A program made the position numbers and the translations under genes. This document shows positions 1-11,936 of a DNA stretch of 64,000 bases, piece after piece. The stretch comes from a virus. How positions within the stretch are numbered: position 1 is the stretch's first letter; every line of letters starts with the position of its first letter. Under the pieces are notes generated by a model, which worked only from the letters and a program-made list of their open reading frames with translations, was not told the origin of the DNA and made no database searches. Location: positions 1 to 64,000 of IMG/VR virus record IMGVR_UViG_3300021519_000877, one strand, 5' to 3'.

Positions 1-1
1 G

Positions 2-3000
2 CTATTACACAATGCAGTGGTTTCAATCAGGGGTGACAACTACAGTGGATCTAACTGGTGGTATAATGGTGATGTATGGGTATATGCTCAACAAAAAACA
101 ACACCAAATCAAGCCCCACTATTCGGTGTATATGACGATGCCGGCATTAATTTTGCTGACCAATCAGTATACAGTAGTTCATTTGCAGGCACAAAAATAT
201 TTGGATATGCTGTTGGAACAGGAACAGCTGACCCAGTTTTAGGATTTCCATTGCAGTATAAGAATGTGAATAATGTTGGAGATTATCTATTCAACAATTA
301 TTTCATGACCGACTCGTTTAGTAATTTTAAAACAAACGGTGCTGTTGATATTATTAACATTGCTGGAAACTATTTAAAAATAAATTCAACATCGAGCGAA
401 TCATTTGCAGATGTGTGGGTTGAAAAAATTGATCAACAAATTCCTATTATTCAATTCCAAGTTATGGAAGCAGACGGAATTTATGTTCAACTAAGTGCAA
501 TTGATACCCCCGGATACACTAAAGATTTAACAATAGAAGTATTTGTTAATGATATTAAGAAAATAGCCAATGTTGATTATGTATTCACAGTTGACGGGGC
601 AGCCGCATATGTTGTATCTACTACTACTTTTTCAGCTAACGATAGAATCTTAATTAAACTTTACACTAAAAAATTCCCTAATGCTAATGGCTACTACGAA
701 GCACCGATTAATTTAACTAATAATCCGCTCAACGGTTCAATTGATAACTTTACATTTACTGAAATTAGCGACCATGTAAAAACCATTGTCGATAACAACA
801 ATAAGTTTTTTGGAACATTCCCCGGAGCAAGTAATCTTAGAGATCTTGCAGACATTAGTTCATACGGCTCAAGACTAGTAAGCCATAAGAATCCAATAAG
901 TTTTGCTCATTATTTCTTAGGACTTAAAGAACACAATCTTATTGATGCAACACGCAAAGTTTCTATAGACTACAATCAATTTAAGACTAATTTAATCAAG
1001 CACGTTACTGATCTTAAAGGACTTTATACTCCGACCGAAGCATTAGACACTGCATTAACGGTAATGAATTCTTCTAAAGATAGCACGTTTCCATATAGCT
1101 ATTCAGATATGTTGGCCTACGGAAAAGATTATTCAGTAAGAACATACACAGTTGCAAATTCACGCAATGTTCAATACAGTCTTGAAAGCACATTTGATAG
1201 CACAGTATTAAGCGAAAGAGCAATCTTAGTCTACCGCAATACTCAGTTATTAATTAGAGGTATAGATTATCATATTGAACAGTTTATGCCGAGCATTACA
1301 GTTACCGCTGTATTGATTGCTGGCGACACAATTACTATTAAAGATTATTCTAGCACAGTAGGCAGCTATATTCCGCCTACTCCTACTAAACTTGGTTTAT
1401 ATCCAAAGTTTACTCCTGCTATCTATATTGATGATACCTATGCAGGCGATCCACAAACAGTTATCCAAGGACACGACGGTAGTATTACCGTAGCGTTTGG
1501 TGATTATAGAGATGATGTTTTATTAGAATATGAAACAAGAATTTACAACAATTTAAAAATTATCTATAACCCAGATCTTTTAGATATCAATACTGTAATG
1601 CCTGGAGCATTTAGAAATAATGCGTATTCACTAAAAGAAGTTACTCACCTAATATCACCTGATTTTTTAAGATGGGCAGGATTTTTTGGAGTTGATTATC
1701 AAACAAATTCGTCCTTTGATGAGTTAAACTCATTTACATTTAACTATTCATCAAACATTGACAGCCTAGATAAAAATCCGTTGCCTGGATACTGGAGAGG
1801 TGTTTACAAATATTTCTACGACACAGATCGTCCTAACACCCATCCTTGGGAAATGCTTGGCTTTACAGAAATGCCAGCATGGTGGGAGCCAACATACGGC
1901 CCTGCTCCATATACAAGCGGAAATCAAATCCTATGGGACGACCTAGAAGCCGGCCGCAATGCAAATACTGACACAATTGATGCGTTATATGTTCGCCCTG
2001 GACTAAGTGGAATACTTCCGGTTGATTCAAGTGGAAACCTAAAGAGTCCTACAGACACCGGGTTAGCAACTACTCCTATTGTTAACCTAGCAGACCCGCA
2101 TAGATTAGTTGTATTACGTAGCGAACAGATTAGTAGTAACTGGCAGCCAGGCGATTGTGCTCCGGCCGAGACAGCATGGCGCCGCAGTAGCTACTGGCCA
2201 TATGTGTGCCAGTCATTGCTTGCATTAACTAACCCCGCAACATATGCGGCCGCAATGTTTGATACAAGCCGTATGACCCCAAACAAATTTGGTCAATACA
2301 AATATGGCCCTAACGAAGAATTTTTAAATCCGTCTAAGGTTGTATTATATAGAGATACAGTTGATAGCACTCGAGTATTAGCATCAGGATACAGTGTGTT
2401 TATTATTGAAGCTGGAATCAATCGAAATGTAAATTATTTAGAAGGATTAAAAACTGATCTTGCTAATTTAAATTATAATCTAATGGCCAAACTTGGCGGC
2501 TTTGCAAGTAAAGATAAGCTTCGAGTAACAATTGATGCTGTTGATCCAACTAGTCCTTATCCTGGAGTGTTAGTTCCGTCTGAAGATTATCAGATATTCT
2601 TTAATCAAAGCACCCCTGTTGAAAGCATTAATGTTTCAGGATTAATTATTCAGAAAACTACAACAGGATATGCAGTAAGAGGATATGATAAGTTTAAACC
2701 TTATTTTACAGTATTCACTCCATACGCATCCAATGCTGATCAAACCGTAAGAGTTGGCGGCATAAGTGAAAGTTTTGTCAACTGGACAGTTAACACAATC
2801 TATGCTGCCGGACAAGTTGTATTTTATAATGACAGATATTATAGAGTAATACAAAAGCATAACAGCGGTACCACGTTTGATCTAACCTATTACCAGAGCT
2901 TGCCTTACTTGCCTACAGTGGGCGGAGTTGGTGTATATCGTCGCACTGCATTTGATAACGTAGAAACTATTGTATCTTATGGTGTAGAATATACAACTAT

Positions 3001-6000
3001 TCAAGAAGTCTATGACTTAATTGTGGGCTACGGCGAATGGTTAATGTCTAAGGGATTCGTATTTGATGAGTTTAACAACACACTAGAACAAGTGTTAGAT
3101 TGGAACTTTACCGCTAAAGAATTCTTATATTGGACCACACAGAATTGGGCAGTTAATTCTGTAATTACATTAAGTCCGTTTGCTAACAAATTAATATTTA
3201 GATCTAATAGCGGAGTAGTTGATAGCGTTGTTAATAACTTCTACGAATATAGTTTATTAAAAGCAGACGGTGCACCATTTCCTCAACACAAATTTTCAAT
3301 TGTTCGATTAGATGGAGAATTTAGCCTATCAACAGTTAACACTACAGACGGCATATTTTTTGCAAGATTAAATGTTGTGCAAAAAGAACATGCTATTGTA
3401 TTCAACAACTATACATTGTTTAACGATGTAGTATATGACATTGGCTCAGGGTATCGTCAGCGTCGTATAAATCTTAAAGGATTTAGAACACTTGGCTGGA
3501 ACGGTGACTTCTTTAGTCCGGGCTTTGTGTTTGATCAGGCAAATATTACTGATTGGAAAAAATTTGTTGATTATGGTATCGGTGAAGTTGTTCGTTTCTC
3601 AGGAAAATACTACACCGCCCCTAAGAGTATTTCTGGAACCGAAGCGTTTAACATTGACCAGTGGATTCTATTAGGTAGCAAGCCAGTATCACAACTAATG
3701 CCAAACTTTGATTATAAGATTAATCAATTTGAAGATTTCTACAGTTTAGACATTGATAACTTTGATGCTGGCCAGCAAGCAATGGCACAGCACTTAACTG
3801 GCTATACTCCTCGCACATACCTAAATAATATCATTGGTGATCCAATTGCAGAATACAAATTCTATCAAGGATATATTCGTGAGAAAGGTACAAAAAATCC
3901 TTTAACTAAATTAGGTAAGGTCAGTTTAAACAACTTCCAGAGCTCTATTGATTTCAACGAAGAGTGGGCATTCCGTATTGGATACTATGGCGGATATAAT
4001 ACATATCAAGAATTAGAAACTCAATTAGAGTCTACTAAGTTTATTGAAAATCCACAAATTATTGAATTCATTGATACCAAGCCAACCGGGTCAACGACTC
4101 CTGTGTATTACAAAGACTTGGCAGACATAATTGTTGCTCCAGAAGATTTTAATATAGAGCAAGCCTTTCCAACATCGACCACAGGCACATTTGAATTGCC
4201 AGTAGCAGGGTATGTTCGATTCAACGATGTTACTGCAACCGCATACAATAAAAACAGCGTTCTTGATATTGCTAACAATAAATCTATTATTGAAGGTAAC
4301 ACTATCTGGTTAGGCTTTAAAGAAAATGGCGAATGGGATGTTCTACGTGCTACACAAGTTCCTACAGTTATTATAGGAGTAGGCATTAATGTACCAGGGC
4401 AGTCGTTAACCGTTGCCACATATTACCCTCATCAATTAGCAGTGGGTGATTTAATTAGCATAAGCAGAATAGCAGATACTATTGATCAGTGTTATGTTGT
4501 GGCTGAAATTATAAGCCCAAATCAATTTATTGTTGGATCAACACTATCATCTCTGCCAGCAGTTTCTGGAACTATTTCAGGCTTACTATTTGCATTTAAA
4601 TCTTCAAGACTATCTGCATTTGATGACTTAGCAAATGTATCATATCTCGAAAGATGGAACTATGATGAAAAGGTGTGGGTTGATGATGACGGTACTGGCA
4701 AGTGGGCAGTATATAAAAAGACAGATAACTATACATCTTTAAACTATAATAATACACTTGATAAGCCAGGGCAACAGTTTGGTTCAAAAGTTATTGCAGA
4801 CGACAACTATAATCTAGTGGTAGTAGCAGCGCCGCAATATGAAAATATCAACACTGATGAAACAGGCCGCACATTTATCTTATCAAGAAGCTTTCAAAGC
4901 GAGCCACAGCTTGCATTTAGCTATTCATTAAACGATAGTTTGCATGTATACCATACCGGCACAGAAACTTTGTTGGGTGCAAGTTTGGCACTAGATGCCG
5001 CCGATAATTTGTTAATTGTTGGAGCACCTGCAACTGGCTACGTTAAATCTACAACAGGAACTTATGTTGTTTCTACAGGTTCTTCAACACTGTCTTATAA
5101 ACGACAAGGTGTTGTTAAATTATCTACATTAGATTTCAACAATAGTCAAGAAGCATTACAGACTGTAATAACAACTCCTAATCCTGCAAATACTTCTTCC
5201 TTTGGCACAAGTATTTTGTATTCAACTTCTACTAATAGGTTATTAGTAGGAGCACCGGGCGAGAATAAAGTTTATGCATTTACCGTAACATTATCTACTA
5301 CGTCTATTTCTGTAGCAAACAACTTTGCCGCAATTACGGCTCCACTATCTCTTAATACTGGAAGTAGTTTTGGTTATGCAATCGCATCGAGCTCCGCTGA
5401 AAAAGTTGCAGTAGCAGCGCCTGGCTTTATGTCCACTAGTTCAAATGGCGCAGTTTACATTTACGATCTATCCTCAACTTCAACATATATACAACAGATT
5501 ACTGGTGACAATTTAAATATGGCCGGCACTGATATATTTGGCCTAACAGTTACAATGAGTCGTGACGGAAAGTATCTAGTCATAGGAAGCCCGGTTGCAT
5601 ATGATTCAGTCCGTGGAACACAATCAGGTGTTGTAGATATTTTTGCTTGGCAAACCAACAAATATGTTTACAAACAAAGACTGCATGCACCAATCACTTC
5701 AAGTGATATTAGCTTTGGACAAGATCTATCAATTAATGATGCTGGAAACTTGTTGATTATTTCCTCGCTAGGCAATGCTAAGACAACTAATATTTCGTTT
5801 GACAAGTATGCAACTCGCCTTAGCAATGCTATATCGACTTCTACTTATGGTTCAATATATGTTAACGATCCTACAAGTTCAGAGCGCACAAAACAAACTA
5901 CATTTGATAGTGGATCTACACGATATCATTCTAAGATTTCTAATGCCGGCGCAGTGCATTCATATTGCCGTGAAAATGAAAAATGGGTATATGCTCAAGA

Positions 6001-9000
6001 AATATTTGATAAAAACATTTCTTCAAATAGCCAATACGGAAAGAGTGTTTTTGCAACCGATAATTCAGTGTATGTTGGTGCTCCTGGCCTATTGCCGAAT
6101 GGTTCAGATCAAGGTGAAATTTTTGTATTCGATAAAATAGATACAGCAATTAACGGATGGTCATTATATAGAAATCAAGAACCGGCAGTTGACCTGTCCT
6201 TAGTTAACAGAGCAATGACAATTGATGCATCAACAGAACAAGTTCAAGATTATCTTGATATTATTGATCCATTGAAAGGAAAGATTTTAGGCACAGCTAA
6301 ACAAGAATTAAAATATACAACTTCTTATGACCCAGCAATTTATAGTTTAGGTATTACAGGTGTTAACGTTAATTCTAATGCTAACTGGCTCGACGAGCAT
6401 ATTGGTGAACTATGGTGGGATTTATCTACAGTTAAGTATGTATGGTATGAACAAGGCGAGCTTGAATACAGAAAAAATAATTGGAACAGCATTTTCCCAG
6501 GTAGCACAATTGATGTTTACGAGTGGGTTCGTTCACAGTATCTTCCAGCCGAGTGGAGCGAAATAGCCGACACCGCCGACGGATTAACACGTGGGATTAG
6601 TGGCCAACCTAAGTTTACAGACAATTCAGTTATTTCGGTTAAGCAGGTTTACAATAGTGTTTCTAATTCATTCTCTAATGTATACTATTATTGGGTTAAG
6701 AATAAAGTTGTAATTCCAACCAACGTGCCAAGTCGCAGAATAGCTGCATTTGAAGTAGCACAACAAATTGCCGATCCACTCGGGTCAAGTAGCAAGTTCT
6801 TGGCAGTAATTAGTCCTAATGCAGTAATGTTAGGCAATTCAAAATCCGCAGTTGGGTCCGATCAAATTAACTTAAACATCGCATTTGATTATATTAATGA
6901 TGCCGCCAACCGCCATACCGAATGGTTGCTGTTACAAGAAAACGATCCAAATAGTAAACCTAATTGGTTGCTAGAGAAAAAATTAATTGATAGCTTACTT
7001 GGCCACGATGACTTAGGAAATCCAGTACCAGATCCAAGCCTTCCTAGCAAACTAAGCTACGGAGTTGAAATACGTCCACGTCAAGGATTGTTTGTTGATC
7101 GATTTGCTGCTCTTAGAAATATCATTGAGTTTGCTAATACAACACTGACTTCACAACTAATCACAGGACGAATTAGCTTTGACAATCTTGATGCTAAGGA
7201 TGCAATTCCATCCGCTGCAGAATATGATAAGTTAGTTGAAGACATTTATAGTTTGGAATTAATTCCTACAAAATTGTTGACCACTGCAGAATTAACAGCA
7301 GGACCAACACCAGACGGAAAACTAATATCAGTAGCTATTAGCGACCCGGGTTACGGTTATATTACACCTCCTACAATTGAAGTAATCGGCGACGGAACTG
7401 GAGCAGTATTAGAAGCGGTTCTTAATGATGCTACTCAAGTAGTGGGTGTTAATATTATTAATCCAGGGTCAGGCTACTCTGTTCCTCCAACATTAGTAGT
7501 TCGTCCATACACTGTAGTTGTGCAGACAGACTCAACAGTTGGCGGCAAGTGGTCAGTATATATTTGGAACAAGAGTCAATCCTTATGGATTAAGTCAAGA
7601 ACTCAAGACTTTGACACAACACAATATTGGAAATATATTGATTGGTCAAGCACTGACTATGATCCTTTAAAATCAATCGCAACTACAGTGGCATCACCGT
7701 ATGCACTAGCGGTGTTACAACAGTTATCAGTAAACACATATGTTAAGGTAAAGAATGGCGGTGACGGCAGATATCTAATTCTTAACAAAACAGACGGCAC
7801 TGGTGGAACATTTGACAATGACTGGGATTTAGTATATTCAGAAAAAGGCACAATTCAATTCTTAGATATTATTTGGAATCTAACCGATTCATTATATGCT
7901 TGGGATGAAAAAACTGGATTTGATCAAACAGAATACGATCAGAGTCCTGATAAAGAAATTGCTTATATCTTATTAGCTCTTAAAGATGACATATTTGTTA
8001 ATGAGCGTAGAATATATTGGAATCAATTGTTCTTTAAATCAGTTAAGTATGCTTTAACGGAACAAAAATTCCTAGACTGGGCATTTAAAACAACATTTAT
8101 TAGTGTTACTAACAATGCTGGAAGTCTTGACCAACGTCACACTTACAAATTAAGAAGTAGTGCAGATTACGAAAGTTTCTTGAATGAAGTTAAACCATAC
8201 CATACCAAGGTTAGAAGATTTACAGAAACATATACAAGCACAGAGGTAACAAAATCATTTACCACTGACTTTGATTTGCCACCTTACTATAATACTGCAA
8301 CATTAAATTTTAGCAAAGTAGAATTTGGTAATAATATTTTATTACAGTATCCATGGAAATCTTGGTATGACAACTATGCATACAGTATAGAAACAATCGA
8401 TGTGTATGATGGCGGTAGCAATTATTCACAAACACCAACGGTTACTATTGTTCCTGCGGCAGGTGATAAAGGGCACGGAGCAACAGCCGTAGCCTTTATT
8501 TCATTAGGCAAAGTTAGTAGAGTTATTGTTACTAATCCAGGTAGTGGATATACAGCAAATCCTACAATAGTATTCAATGGTGGCGGAAGCACTACATTAA
8601 CCGCTGCTCGTGCAGTGGCACGTCTAGGACACAATAATGTAAGACATAACGGTCTTACAATAAAATTTGACCGCGTTAGTGGCCGTAGAGAAATTGGGAA
8701 TCAAACGTTTACCGACACATTCCACGGCGACGGCGAAGCTCTTACATTCCCACTAACTTGGGTCCCTATAGCTGAAAAATCTTTAATTACATTGGAGGTT
8801 AACGGCGGACTACAGTTAATAGATGCATATACAGTTGAATATAAAGAAGCAAAATATAGCCCACAGCCAAATACTACATATACAAAAAAGTATGCAACTT
8901 TAAGACTTAATTTTATTCCTGCCAAGGGCGATGTTATTACTATTGAGTATCCAAAGGATGTAGATTTATATACAGCCGTTGATCGTATATTTGATTATTA

Positions 9001-11935
9001 CGAACCTACTAGCGGCATGCCAGGTAAATTCCCTGATCAACTTATGTCTGGCTTATCATATTCTGGTCTTCAGGTTGATACATTGCCATTCAACTTTGCC
9101 GGTGGCTGGGATGTTATTCCTTACGGAGCATCACCGTGGGACAACTATTCTACCGAAGTAGGATATTTTTCCTTTATAACAACGTCTACTGCAACACAAG
9201 CATTTACACTCAGCGATACTGTTATTAGCACAGGCACCCAGGTAAATGTATATGTTAAATCGGCAAATGATACAAGTTTAACTGGAACACGGATCGATGG
9301 TACTGGAACTAGTTCCATTCCTACTATTATTGGATTAGGAACAGGCGCAGTTGATTATATCGAAATCCTAAGTTCAGGATTGGGATACACTTCCACTCAG
9401 TTAACTATTACAATATCAGCACCTAATACATTAGGCGGCACACAGGCAATAGTAGGAGATAATTATACACTATCTCCAAGCGGCGATGGAAGTATCACTA
9501 GTATAAATTTAGATCCACAGTACCAAGGCAGCGGATATACATCTGCTCCTATTGTAACTATTACTGGTCCTTCTACAGTGACTGCCTATGCTAAAGCAGT
9601 ATTAAAAGCAGAGTTTATAACAACCGCTTCTACAGTTACGCAAACATCAATTACTATACCTTCAAGTGCGTTTGGGACTCCAAATAATCAGGTTGTGTTT
9701 AGATATTCCGACAGCGACGGCACTGTATTGCCAACAGATGAATACAGTTTGGATTCTGTTATCAGTGGCGGCGACCTTGCTTATACAACTGCATTAGGAA
9801 TTACTCCTAGTGAAATTATTCTAGACGGTGGCTCAACAAGCACTAGACATCTTACAGGAATGATGGATGACGGATTCTTAAATCCAATTAACAGTCCTGC
9901 TCCTGAAGAGTGCATTCCTGGGCAGATTAGAGAATCTATAGGTATTAGTGTATATACACAACCTGTTGATACATCACCTGTAATTACTAACAAGAAATAC
10001 TTTGTTGACGGAACTACAAGCACATTTGTCCTTGGAATTAAACCTACTAATATAGATTCAGTAATTGCTATTTTTAATAATATTAAATTAGACACTGACC
10101 AATATGTAATAGACTATGCATTAAACACATTTACTTTTAGTGCGCCTAATCCTGGAACAGGATGGTTAAGTTTGACATCTATGCAACTTGGAGCGGTACA
10201 GTTATTAGATGCTAGCTATGAAACCATTACAACAACTGGAACTACTTTATTAAGTGCAGTATCATTTGCTGATGTTGGCTCTAATGGTACAAGTGCATAT
10301 GTAACGGTAGATGGTGTACCGGCAGTAATGGGAGTTGACTATGCTTTAAGTAGCTATCGCTCACGTGCAAGATTTACTTTCTATAAAACAGGAAATATTC
10401 AAACTTATTTGTTTAGAGGCGAAGTAAAATCATTCAGCGAAATTACAGAACAGATTATTAATGTTACAACTGGATCAACTACATTTGACCTATTACAACC
10501 GCCTGGTAATTTAGGTCCATATCATAGTCAAGTTATTGTAACTAAAAATCAGTTACGTTTAAATCCGCCAGTAACTACATATTACAAAGTATCGGGTAAT
10601 AATTTAATTTACAATATTAGCGAATCTATTATGTATCCGCCACGTGCGATTGATTTATTAAGCATTGAGGTTTATGTTAACGGAGTTTTATCACCACCAG
10701 TAAGGGGATGGAGATTAAATCAGCAAGACGGACAAATCCATTTTTCTACAAGTGTAATAACTGACGGCGATGTTATCGCTGTTGTAGTGAAGGCCGGTAA
10801 TGAATATCTGATTGAGAATAATCAACTAGTATTAACTACAGCCGCGACAATTGGCGATACACTACATGTAACTACCTTTACAAATCACGATCCTGATTTT
10901 ATTCGTTCAGAACGATATAACGGTAACAGCTCTAATTATTATAAGATGCAAAGAGCAGTTGTTGATTCCTCATATGTATGGGTTACCTATAACGGCGTGC
11001 CATTGATTGCTAACTTAGATTTTAGTGTAGGCACCGACGGATATATCATAAGAGTTCGCAACGGTTTATATCAAGGAACTACAGATAACATAGTAATAAC
11101 CAGTTTTGCAAAAATTGATTCTCAATTAACTGCTTACAGAATTTTCAAAGATATGTTAGGACGCACTCATTATAAGAGATTAAGTTCTGAAAATTCTACA
11201 GTGGTGATTCAAGATTTCCTTATTTCAGATGAAGTAATACTAGTGCAAGATGCTAGTATGCTAACTCCACCAAATATTTTAATTAATACTCCTGGTATTG
11301 TATTGATTAATGGTGAGAGAATTGAATTCTTTACAATTAACGGAAACGAATTAGGTCAGTTACGTAGAGGCACACTAGGTACTATGCCTCCAACTATACA
11401 GCCTGCGGGATCAACAGTGGTCGATCAAGGAAGTTTGCAAACACTGCCTTTTGTTGAGTTTGTTCAAAATTATGTAACAGCTACAACAACTTCTACGCAA
11501 CTTACTTTTGATCTTGCTGGCCATATTACATTTAATACAAGCACATCATACACTGATCAGATTGAAGTTTATTATGGTGGAACACCGCTATTAAAACCCG
11601 GCAAAGCAACCACAGTTCTACATGATTTTGATTCGTCATATGATAGTAGATCTGATGAGGCAGCAATGTCTCCTGGATTTACAATGACAGGAACAACGCT
11701 AGTTATTTCAACAACCAGCAACATTACATTAACTGGTGGTGTAAAACTAGAAGTAATTTCTCGTAACTCAAAAGTATTTGGAGATAACAAATCTCCTGAA
11801 ATGAAATTTTTATTAGATAAGACAGCATCATTACCGGTTGGTACCTTTGACTATGCCAATACTGAAGCACTAGTATACTTAGAATCAGGGTTAATATTAA
11901 CCGACGAAGAAGACGGACCATTAGAAGGATTATAA
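2..11935 (+). CDS. Giant virion structural protein (baseplate wedge/tail-associated), 5'-truncated by window edge
   Basis: Frame is open from position 2 (LLHNAVVSIRG...), >3,970 aa. FG-GAP-like repeats (e.g. FGSKV..LVVVAAP, FGYAIA..VAVAAPG, YGKSV..VYVGAPG) and repeated G-S-G-Y-x-x-x-P-x-V/I..GG.GA motifs of the type seen in large myophage baseplate proteins; lies in a structural gene block. Confidence 0.7.
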   Translation, partial: LLHNAVVSIRGDNYSGSNWWYNGDVWVYAQQKTTPNQAPLFGVYDDAGINFADQSVYSSSFAGTKIFGYAVGTGTADPVLGFPLQYKNVNNVGDYLFNNYFMTDSFSNFKTNGAVDIINIAGNYLKINSTSSESFADVWVEKIDQQIPIIQFQVMEADGIYVQLSAIDTPGYTKDLTIEVFVNDIKKIANVDYVFTVDGAAAYVVSTTTFSANDRILIKLYTKKFPNANGYYEAPINLTNNPLNGSIDNFTFTEISDHVKTIVDNNNKFFGTFPGASNLRDLADISSYGSRLVSHKNPISFAHYFLGLKEHNLIDATRKVSIDYNQFKTNLIKHVTDLKGLYTPTEALDTALTVMNSSKDSTFPYSYSDMLAYGKDYSVRTYTVANSRNVQYSLESTFDSTVLSERAILVYRNTQLLIRGIDYHIEQFMPSITVTAVLIAGDTITIKDYSSTVGSYIPPTPTKLGLYPKFTPAIYIDDTYAGDPQTVIQGHDGSITVAFGDYRDDVLLEYETRIYNNLKIIYNPDLLDINTVMPGAFRNNAYSLKEVTHLISPDFLRWAGFFGVDYQTNSSFDELNSFTFNYSSNIDSLDKNPLPGYWRGVYKYFYDTDRPNTHPWEMLGFTEMPAWWEPTYGPAPYTSGNQILWDDLEAGRNANTDTIDALYVRPGLSGILPVDSSGNLKSPTDTGLATTPIVNLADPHRLVVLRSEQISSNWQPGDCAPAETAWRRSSYWPYVCQSLLALTNPATYAAAMFDTSRMTPNKFGQYKYGPNEEFLNPSKVVLYRDTVDSTRVLASGYSVFIIEAGINRNVNYLEGLKTDLANLNYNLMAKLGGFASKDKLRVTIDAVDPTSPYPGVLVPSEDYQIFFNQSTPVESINVSGLIIQKTTTGYAVRGYDKFKPYFTVFTPYASNADQTVRVGGISESFVNWTVNTIYAAGQVVFYNDRYYRVIQKHNSGTTFDLTYYQSLPYLPTVGGVGVYRRTAFDNVETIVSYGVEYTTIQEVYDLIVGYGEWLMSKGFVFDEFNNTLEQVLDWNFTAKEFLYWTTQNWAVNSVITLSPFANKLIFRSNSGVVDSVVNNFYEYSLLKADGAPFPQHKFSIVRLDGEFSLSTVNTTDGIFFARLNVVQKEHAIVFNNYTLFNDVVYDIGSGYRQRRINLKGFRTLGWNGDFFSPGFVFDQANITDWKKFVDYGIGEVVRFSGKYYTAPKSISGTEAFNIDQWILLGSKPVSQLMPNFDYKINQFEDFYSLDIDNFDAGQQAMAQHLTGYTPRTYLNNIIGDPIAEYKFYQGYIREKGTKNPLTKLGKVSLNNFQSSIDFNEEWAFRIGYYGGYNTYQELETQLESTKFIENPQIIEFIDTKPTGSTTPVYYKDLADIIVAPEDFNIEQAFPTSTTGTFELPVAGYVRFNDVTATAYNKNSVLDIANNKSIIEGNTIWLGFKENGEWDVLRATQVPTVIIGVGINVPGQSLTVATYYPHQLAVGDLISISRIADTIDQCYVVAEIISPNQFIVGSTLSSLPAVSGTISGLLFAFKSSRLSAFDDLANVSYLERWNYDEKVWVDDDGTGKWAVYKKTDNYTSLNYNNTLDKPGQQFGSKVIADDNYNLVVVAAPQYENINTDETGRTFILSRSFQSEPQLAFSYSLNDSLHVYHTGTETLLGASLALDAADNLLIVGAPATGYVKSTTGTYVVSTGSSTLSYKRQGVVKLSTLDFNNSQEALQTVITTPNPANTSSFGTSILYSTSTNRLLVGAPGENKVYAFTVTLSTTSISVANNFAAITAPLSLNTGSSFGYAIASSSAEKVAVAAPGFMSTSSNGAVYIYDLSSTSTYIQQITGDNLNMAGTDIFGLTVTMSRDGKYLVIGSPVAYDSVRGTQSGVVDIFAWQTNKYVYKQRLHAPITSSDISFGQDLSINDAGNLLIISSLGNAKTTNISFDKYATRLSNAISTSTYGSIYVNDPTSSERTKQTTFDSGSTRYHSKISNAGAVHSYCRENEKWVYAQEIFDKNISSNSQYGKSVFATDNSVYVGAPGLLPNGSDQGEIFVFDKIDTAINGWSLYRNQEPAVDLSLVNRAMTIDASTEQVQDYLDIIDPLKGKILGTAKQELKYTTSYDPAIYSLGITGVNVNSNANWLDEHIGELWWDLSTVKYVWYEQGELEYRKNNWNSIFPGSTIDVYEWVRSQYLPAEWSEIADTADGLTRGISGQPKFTDNSVISVKQVYNSVSNSFSNVYYYWVKNKVVIPTNVPSRRIAAFEVAQQIADPLGSSSKFLAVISPNAVMLGNSKSAVGSDQINLNIAFDYINDAANRHTEWLLLQENDPNSKPNWLLEKKLIDSLLGHDDLGNPVPDPSLPSKLSYGVEIRPRQGLFVDRFAALRNIIEFANTTLTSQLITGRISFDNLDAKDAIPSAAEYDKLVEDIYSLELIPTKLLTTAELTAGPTPDGKLISVAISDPGYGYITPPTIEVIGDGTGAVLEAVLNDATQVVGVNIINPGSGYSVPPTLVVRPYTVVVQTDSTVGGKWSVYIWNKSQSLWIKSRTQDFDTTQYWKYIDWSSTDYDPLKSIATTVASPYALAVLQQLSVNTYVKVKNGGDGRYLILNKTDGTGGTFDNDWDLVYSEKGTIQFLDIIWNLTDSLYAWDEKTGFDQTEYDQSPDKEIAYILLALKDDIFVNERRIYWNQLFFKSVKYALTEQKFLDWAFKTTFISVTNNAGSLDQRHTYKLRSSADYESFLNEVKPYHTKVRRFTETYTSTEVTKSFTTDFDLPPYYNTATLNFSKVEFGNNILLQYPWKSWYDNYAYSIETIDVYDGGSNYSQTPTVTIVPAAGDKGHGATAVAFISLGKVSRVIVTNPGSGYTANPTIVFNGGGSTTLTAARAVARLGHNNVRHNGLTIKFDRVSGRREIGNQTFTDTFHGDGEALTFPLTWVPIAEKSLITLEVNGGLQLIDAYTVEYKEAKYSPQPNTTYTKKYATLRLNFIPAKGDVITIEYPKDVDLYTAVDRIFDYYEPTSGMPGKFPDQLMSGLSYSGLQVDTLPFNFAGGWDVIPYGASPWDNYSTEVGYFSFITTSTATQAFTLSDTVISTGTQVNVYVKSANDTSLTGTRIDGTGTSSIPTIIGLGTGAVDYIEILSSGLGYTSTQLTITISAPNTLGGTQAIVGDNYTLSPSGDGSITSINLDPQYQGSGYTSAPIVTITGPSTVTAYAKAVLKAEFITTASTVTQTSITIPSSAFGTPNNQVVFRYSDSDGTVLPTDEYSLDSVISGGDLAYTTALGITPSEIILDGGSTSTRHLTGMMDDGFLNPINSPAPEECIPGQIRESIGISVYTQPVDTSPVITNKKYFVDGTTSTFVLGIKPTNIDSVIAIFNNIKLDTDQYVIDYALNTFTFSAPNPGTGWLSLTSMQLGAVQLLDASYETITTTGTTLLSAVSFADVGSNGTSAYVTVDGVPAVMGVDYALSSYRSRARFTFYKTGNIQTYLFRGEVKSFSEITEQIINVTTGSTTFDLLQPPGNLGPYHSQVIVTKNQLRLNPPVTTYYKVSGNNLIYNISESIMYPPRAIDLLSIEVYVNGVLSPPVRGWRLNQQDGQIHFSTSVITDGDVIAVVVKAGNEYLIENNQLVLTTAATIGDTLHVTTFTNHDPDFIRSERYNGNSSNYYKMQRAVVDSSYVWVTYNGVPLIANLDFSVGTDGYIIRVRNGLYQGTTDNIVITSFAKIDSQLTAYRIFKDMLGRTHYKRLSSENSTVVIQDFLISDEVILVQDASMLTPPNILINTPGIVLINGERIEFFTINGNELGQLRRGTLGTMPPTIQPAGSTVVDQGSLQTLPFVEFVQNYVTATTTSTQLTFDLAGHITFNTSTSYTDQIEVYYGGTPLLKPGKATTVLHDFDSSYDSRSDEAAMSPGFTMTGTTLVISTTSNITLTGGVKLEVISRNSKVFGDNKSPEMKFLLDKTASLPVGTFDYANTEALVYLESGLILTDEEDGPLEGL

Positions 11936-11936
11936 C

